A DNA stretch of 64,000 nucleotides, taken from assembly GCA_977020255.1 (NCBI GenBank), contig CDROCS010001558.1, positions 372,001 through 436,000 on the forward strand, given 5' to 3'. Position numbers and translations under genes: made by a program. Shown piece by piece: positions 59,461-64,000 of this stretch. This stretch comes from Obrimoposthia wandeli. Its lineage: Eukaryota. Every line of letters begins with the position of its first letter. Within the stretch, counting starts at the first letter, position 1. The notes below the pieces were generated by a model. That model was not told where the DNA came from. It was given only the letters and a program-made list of their open reading frames with translations, and did no database searches.

Positions 59461-61972
59461 TTAGTTGGAAATAATAATCAAATATAACACATGCCCAATC
59501 TTTTTTGTTTATTTCCATGCCCAAAAAAATAATAAAAATCTGCCTTCCTCACTTAATACTAAAAATAGTGAGTTGCATACGCCGCTCTTCAATTTGTGTC
59601 AATTGGTATTTCTTTTTATTTTCAGTCAATTTTTTTCCTTTAGTATATTGCGTAGTATAAACTACTTACTTTCTTTAAGAACTTATTGGTGGGTACATTT
59701 TCTGAAATATTTATTTTTATTTTTAACACAGTTGTATTTTGCTTTTTTATCTCCTTATACTTTATTTTAATTTGACAAACAAGATTTTGATATTATATCG
59801 AACTGGAACTTTGACTTATAATTTTGATTTAGATTTATTCATTTTGGGTATACTAAGTTTGAACTTTTTAAAATTTTCCGTTATTTTTTTTCGCACATTT
59901 CTTTTTTGGCAAATAAAATACTTTATGGAATCAGGAACTAATTTTCCATTCAAACATTCAATCTAAAATATATTAACTCAGAAGTACTATAAATAAACTT
60001 AAAAATAAGATTGTTTCAATGATTAACACTGTTTTATTCGTGAGTTTTAAAATATAATTCCATAGATCTTTATTTAAAATAAAAATTTATAATTAAACAG
60101 CATATTCATTTATTTGATATAAATATCAATTGTTACTTAAACAAATAACTTATTTATTATATATTTTACTTTAAAAAATCATTAATAATTAAACAGATTT
60201 TTACTCACAAAATCTGTAAAATATTTAATTTGTTTATTATATTAAAAAAATACAATATAATTACAATAATGTTTACAATAAAATATTACAATTTTTGAAA
60301 TATATAATAATTATATCTACTTACAAGTTACAGTAGATTAACACTTAAACTTTCAATATATTTTCTTTTAAAGGTCATAAATTAAATTAATTAATACCAT
60401 GTGTGTAAGAAAATGCAGATATTTCAAAATAACCTTGTTGTAAAAATCAATTTAAACATAATTATAATTTTTTAACTATAATATTTTACAATAATAAAAT
60501 TGTGAAACCATTTTATGTTTGTCAAAATGTTACTAATAATTAAGAACCAAAAATAAAATTAAATACATGTTATTTACAATTTAGTAATAAATTATTATTT
60601 ATACTTTTCAGCAGTAAATAATCATACATTTTGTACCAATTTTTTAGTTAGATATTTGACCAATTGTTGCCTTGCAAAAAAAATGATATAAATCTATGGT
60701 TTTATAATGAAAATATGCTTAAATCTGTGATTTTACAATACTTTTAAGGTTTAAATATCATATGATACCTTAAAAACAGTAAAATAATGTAAAAAAATAT
60801 TCAGTATATTTGTATACTATCTTTTTTATTACTGGGATCATAGTAATAGAAACAAAATTTTCAATTTTTACTCATAACTATTACCTAAAGTGGTCAAACG
60901 ATCGATTATAAAGAACATTGAGAGCTTTTATATTTCAATACTTTCTTTTACATAAGATTCTCTAAATCTGATACGAATACGCCACTTCAAAGTTTTCAGT
61001 AAATACTGATTGACTGCTGATTGACTAAAGAAAGCCTACATGATGGTTTAATTAGTAAGTATTACATGGTAGGTAAACAAGTTGATAAGAATAGAGCAGA
61101 TAAGTCTAAGTAATATAGTAAATAATACATTTTAGAGTCTTTACATATAATACTTATATTAACTTATTTATTATTTAAATTTAATACATATAACATAGTT
61201 ACAATAAAAGCTCAGTCTAGCACACGTCATTTTCGCACATGCTGCACCGGACAACAGAATGACAAGAAAATACAAAGGCATTGTACGAAGAACACTTTTG
61301 TTTTATTTTTCGCTCAAGCTCCAAAGTGCTCTGGCAACTTTTCCGTTGTTGTGGCAGTCAGTTACAGTTGTTCCTTAATAGGTGACTCGACGCAAACCAA
61401 CTTGGTTGATGCCCGAATCATTGCACAAATGTTGGTCAGTCGTGGTCGTCTGTTAACAAGTGGCGGCACATCTCATAGCCAAGTTTAACTTTAAATTTGT
61501 AGTCAGTTTCATTGTCGGCTGAGGATTCGTTGTTGAAGATCATGCAGCGTAGCATGCAGTATTCAAAAGAGGAAATTCAGTGCATAAAGTAATCGCTAAC
61601 ATTTGTATTTTGTAGCATATGTTTGGAAAAACTTGTCCAGAATATCCACTTCGGATTTAGTGAGGCTGTAAAATTGGACAACCGGGCTTTTACCTTCCAG
61701 CAAGTTTTGTTCAGACCAATGTTGAGATAACAGAAGAAGAACAGTTAACTTTTTCTTGTTTCAGAATGAACATAGCGTATTGAAAATGTTGTCCTTGTAG
61801 AAGTAAATTGTGTCACCGTGTGTCCTGTTCACTGAACTTTTTGCTGTATGTGGAATTTCATGTCGATTCAATTTTATGGTTCCTACTATAGTCGTTTTTG
61901 AGCAAGAAAACGCTAGAACAGTTTTAGTGACACAAAGAAGTTATCAGCTGTCGACGTTTCAAAATACATACG

Positions 61973-63059
61973 TGTTGGGATTTAAAATTAATTAATTTTT
62001 GTCAATTTAAATTGACATTTTACAGAGGTCCCCACAATCAGGGAGGTATTCATTATCAGCCTCCGACGGGGTAAAAACCCCGTTTCGCCTTGCCAGGCTC
62101 GTCAGGGAGACGGCTAGATAAGTGGTTTTTACCACAAAAGTTTTCTGCCCAACTACTACCACCTCTCCAGTCAGCAGCAACAACACCGGCTGCACTATCT
62201 CTGACGCAAATGTCACTCCCTCGCTCATCTCCGTCATCCATGAAGACAACCTTTAAGTACAGCGATCTCTCTCTCTCCCTCTCTCCTCCACCTTCCTCTA
62301 TCGTCATCCAGAGAAACTGCATCATCATCATCATCAGCAGCAGCAACATCATCATCATTCACACATTTCGGGATTTCTCTTCTGATTCAGCGGCCACATT
62401 GGCTATGCGTGACAGTGTGTCTCAACTACAGCAGTAACTATAGTGGCAGCAGCATCAGTCGATAATGTGGTATTGACCTGCATCCATGTGGGCGACTTAT
62501 CTCCCTGGCGCCATTATCTCTCCACAACCGCAGCTATCTCCATTTGCTACCAGCTATCTCTACCTGCCAGATCTTCTCCTCGTGTCGGAGTCGTGCCTAC
62601 CGGTAGCGGTCTTAAAATATGTATATGGCCTACCAAATTCCCAACTGTGCAGATGCAGTGCTGTATGTCTGGGATTAAATATAAATCCTGTATAGCAGCT
62701 AAAAATAAACACACAAAAAATTTACTTTGAATTTTCGACAAAAATTATTGAACATTGAATATTCTGCGAAGTATATACCAAAAAATTACAAAACTATTAA
62801 ATCAAATTGAAACTATTTGAAATTATTTGATCAACAATTTGGAAACTATTAAATCAATTTGAAACTATTTGATCAACAATTTGGAAACTATTAAATCAAT
62901 TGAAAACTTTTTGATCAACAATTAGCAAACTATTAAATCAATTTGAAACTATTTGATCACCACGGAAACAAGAAACAATTTCATTAATATTGTTGCTATT
63001 ATTATTTGATCATCAATATAATTTTGTTTGATTATTTGTTGCTTTGGAACAATATAACA
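61973..63059 (-). mobile_element. Solo-LTR-like element carrying a hammerhead ribozyme (copy 2, 1087 bp)
   Basis: On minus, termini TGTTATAT...CCCAACA; 4-bp TSD TACG on plus (61969-61972, 63060-63063); 42-bp tandem repeats (62791-62960). Removing it restores the piggyBac frame VMELRMYFETSTADNFF. Confidence 0.88.
62059..62111 (-). ncRNA. Type I hammerhead ribozyme
   Basis: Minus strand GTCTCC CTGACGA GCCT GGCA AGGC GAAA CGGGG TTTTTA CCCCG TC GGAGGC: intact core, changed stem I/III sequence with pairing retained; cut after the C opposite 62065. Confidence 0.95.
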
Positions 63060-64000
63060 TACGTAGCTCCATTACTATTGCCAAAGGAATTGAGGATAAT
63101 ACAGCCTTCTTTTGAAGATATAGAGTGTCATAGCTGATGTAAACCAGATATATCAAGGAGAATGCATTGTTGTTGATCACCCAATATATCTTAATGCAAA
63201 ATTTACCAGCTTTTGTAGGTATGCATTGTCTGAAGCTTACACATTCATGAAATTTGATAAACTGATCATCCACGGTCAATAATGGTTCTCCGACGAATAG
63301 TTGCTTTGAAGAGCATCCTTGAGAAGAATGACAATGTTTCTTATCGCAGCAATTTTTTTACGATTTATCGTGACGTAAAGTACCATTAAAACAGAAAGCA
63401 GTTTTCAACTGCTCAAATTGTTAAACACACATCGTCACATATGCTTTGAATCCACCAAAATTGAATAGTGATATGAATGTATTTTATTTCAAAATCTAAA
63501 ATACCTTGATAAAAACTGTTTCAAATGTTTTGAAAACCATATCAAACTTCAAGGTAAAGTAGAAAATTGATCAAAAGTGTTTAATAATAAAATATTTTAT
63601 GAAAATTTACCGTTTTACAACATTCAGTCTGTAATTTATTTTAAAATATATCAAGTAAATTCAACACTTGTTAAAATTATAATGTCAAATGAAATCTGCT
63701 ACATATAGCATAGATCCTATATCAACTGTATTTAAATATGAAAAAATACTAGGAAAAATACTAACGGCTGTTGTTAAGATAAAACAGTCAAAAATTATGG
63801 TTGAATTCCCTGAAAGTTAATAATTGCATTAATAAAACCATTGATCAAAGTCATAAATGGAGATAAAATAAACCTATCAAATAAAAGACATAGTTAGAAG
63901 AAAAGGTTTACTCCCTATTTACCAGACAGTTTATATAAGTTAGCATTTGTTAGGTTCCAAAACGGACAGTTAAATTACGATAATAAATAAAATTGGCTAT

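Larger units (their letters stand above)
61240..63330 (-). mobile_element. piggyBac transposase relic, interrupted by the hammerhead-LTR element
   Basis: TVDDQFIKF...FRQCIPTKAGKFCIKIYW (63279-63170); ADNFFVSL..TTIVGTIKLNRHEIP; QFYSLTKSEVDILDKF; Cys-rich C-terminal relic near 61250. Confidence 0.85.

Noticed and set aside
61966-63064. Reading the second hammerhead element as having an 8-bp TSD (ACATACGT)
   Set aside because: Formally possible, but copy 1 shares the TGTTATAT/CCCAACA termini and has a clean 4-bp TSD, so the TG...CA + 4-bp interpretation is preferred.
1-64000. tRNA, rRNA or CRISPR features; species identification
   Set aside because: No cloverleaf, rRNA or repeat-spacer patterns seen. 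Composition and intron sizes suggest an AT-rich invertebrate but do not identify the taxon.

Overview
AT-rich eukaryotic (invertebrate-animal-like) genomic DNA, with GC-richer exons and both tiny (35-76 nt) and very large spliceosomal introns. (1) Host genes: a 7-exon TFIIE-alpha (GTF2E1) gene on the minus strand, 54576->24311. All splice phases reconcile to a 1431-nt CDS with an extra P/Q/H-rich tail. There is also an intronless two-RING ORF at 3824-4927. (2) 7.4-20.8 kb is a Polinton/Maverick (adintovirus-like) graveyard. A ~6.2-kb internally deleted copy bounded by ~230-bp inverted repeats carries a spliced TBP-like gene, a BIR+RING IAP, packaging ATPase, rve integrase, and capsid and pPolB scraps. 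It is followed by intron-containing accessory genes, a ~1.55-kb tandem duplication, and a spliced gene fusing a Cys/His domain and Trp-acidic repeats to the pPolB N-terminus. (3) TFIIE-alpha introns hold many transposons, notably a complete but decayed BEL/Pao element (32204-40298, paired LTRs, TATAC TSD). It has captured an Hsp110 fragment behind its PBS and carries a ubiquitin-like domain inside Gag. (4) Upstream of the gene lie two diverged 1.1-1.35-kb solo-LTR-like elements (TGTTATAT...CCCAACA termini, 4-bp TSDs), each with an intact type I hammerhead ribozyme ~100 nt from its 3' end; one interrupts a piggyBac relic. The hammerhead-LTR family, the Polinton TBP and the ubiquitin/Hsp110-bearing BEL element are the best candidates for undescribed systems. 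All calls are by-eye motif recognition and manual alignment; no database searches were run.
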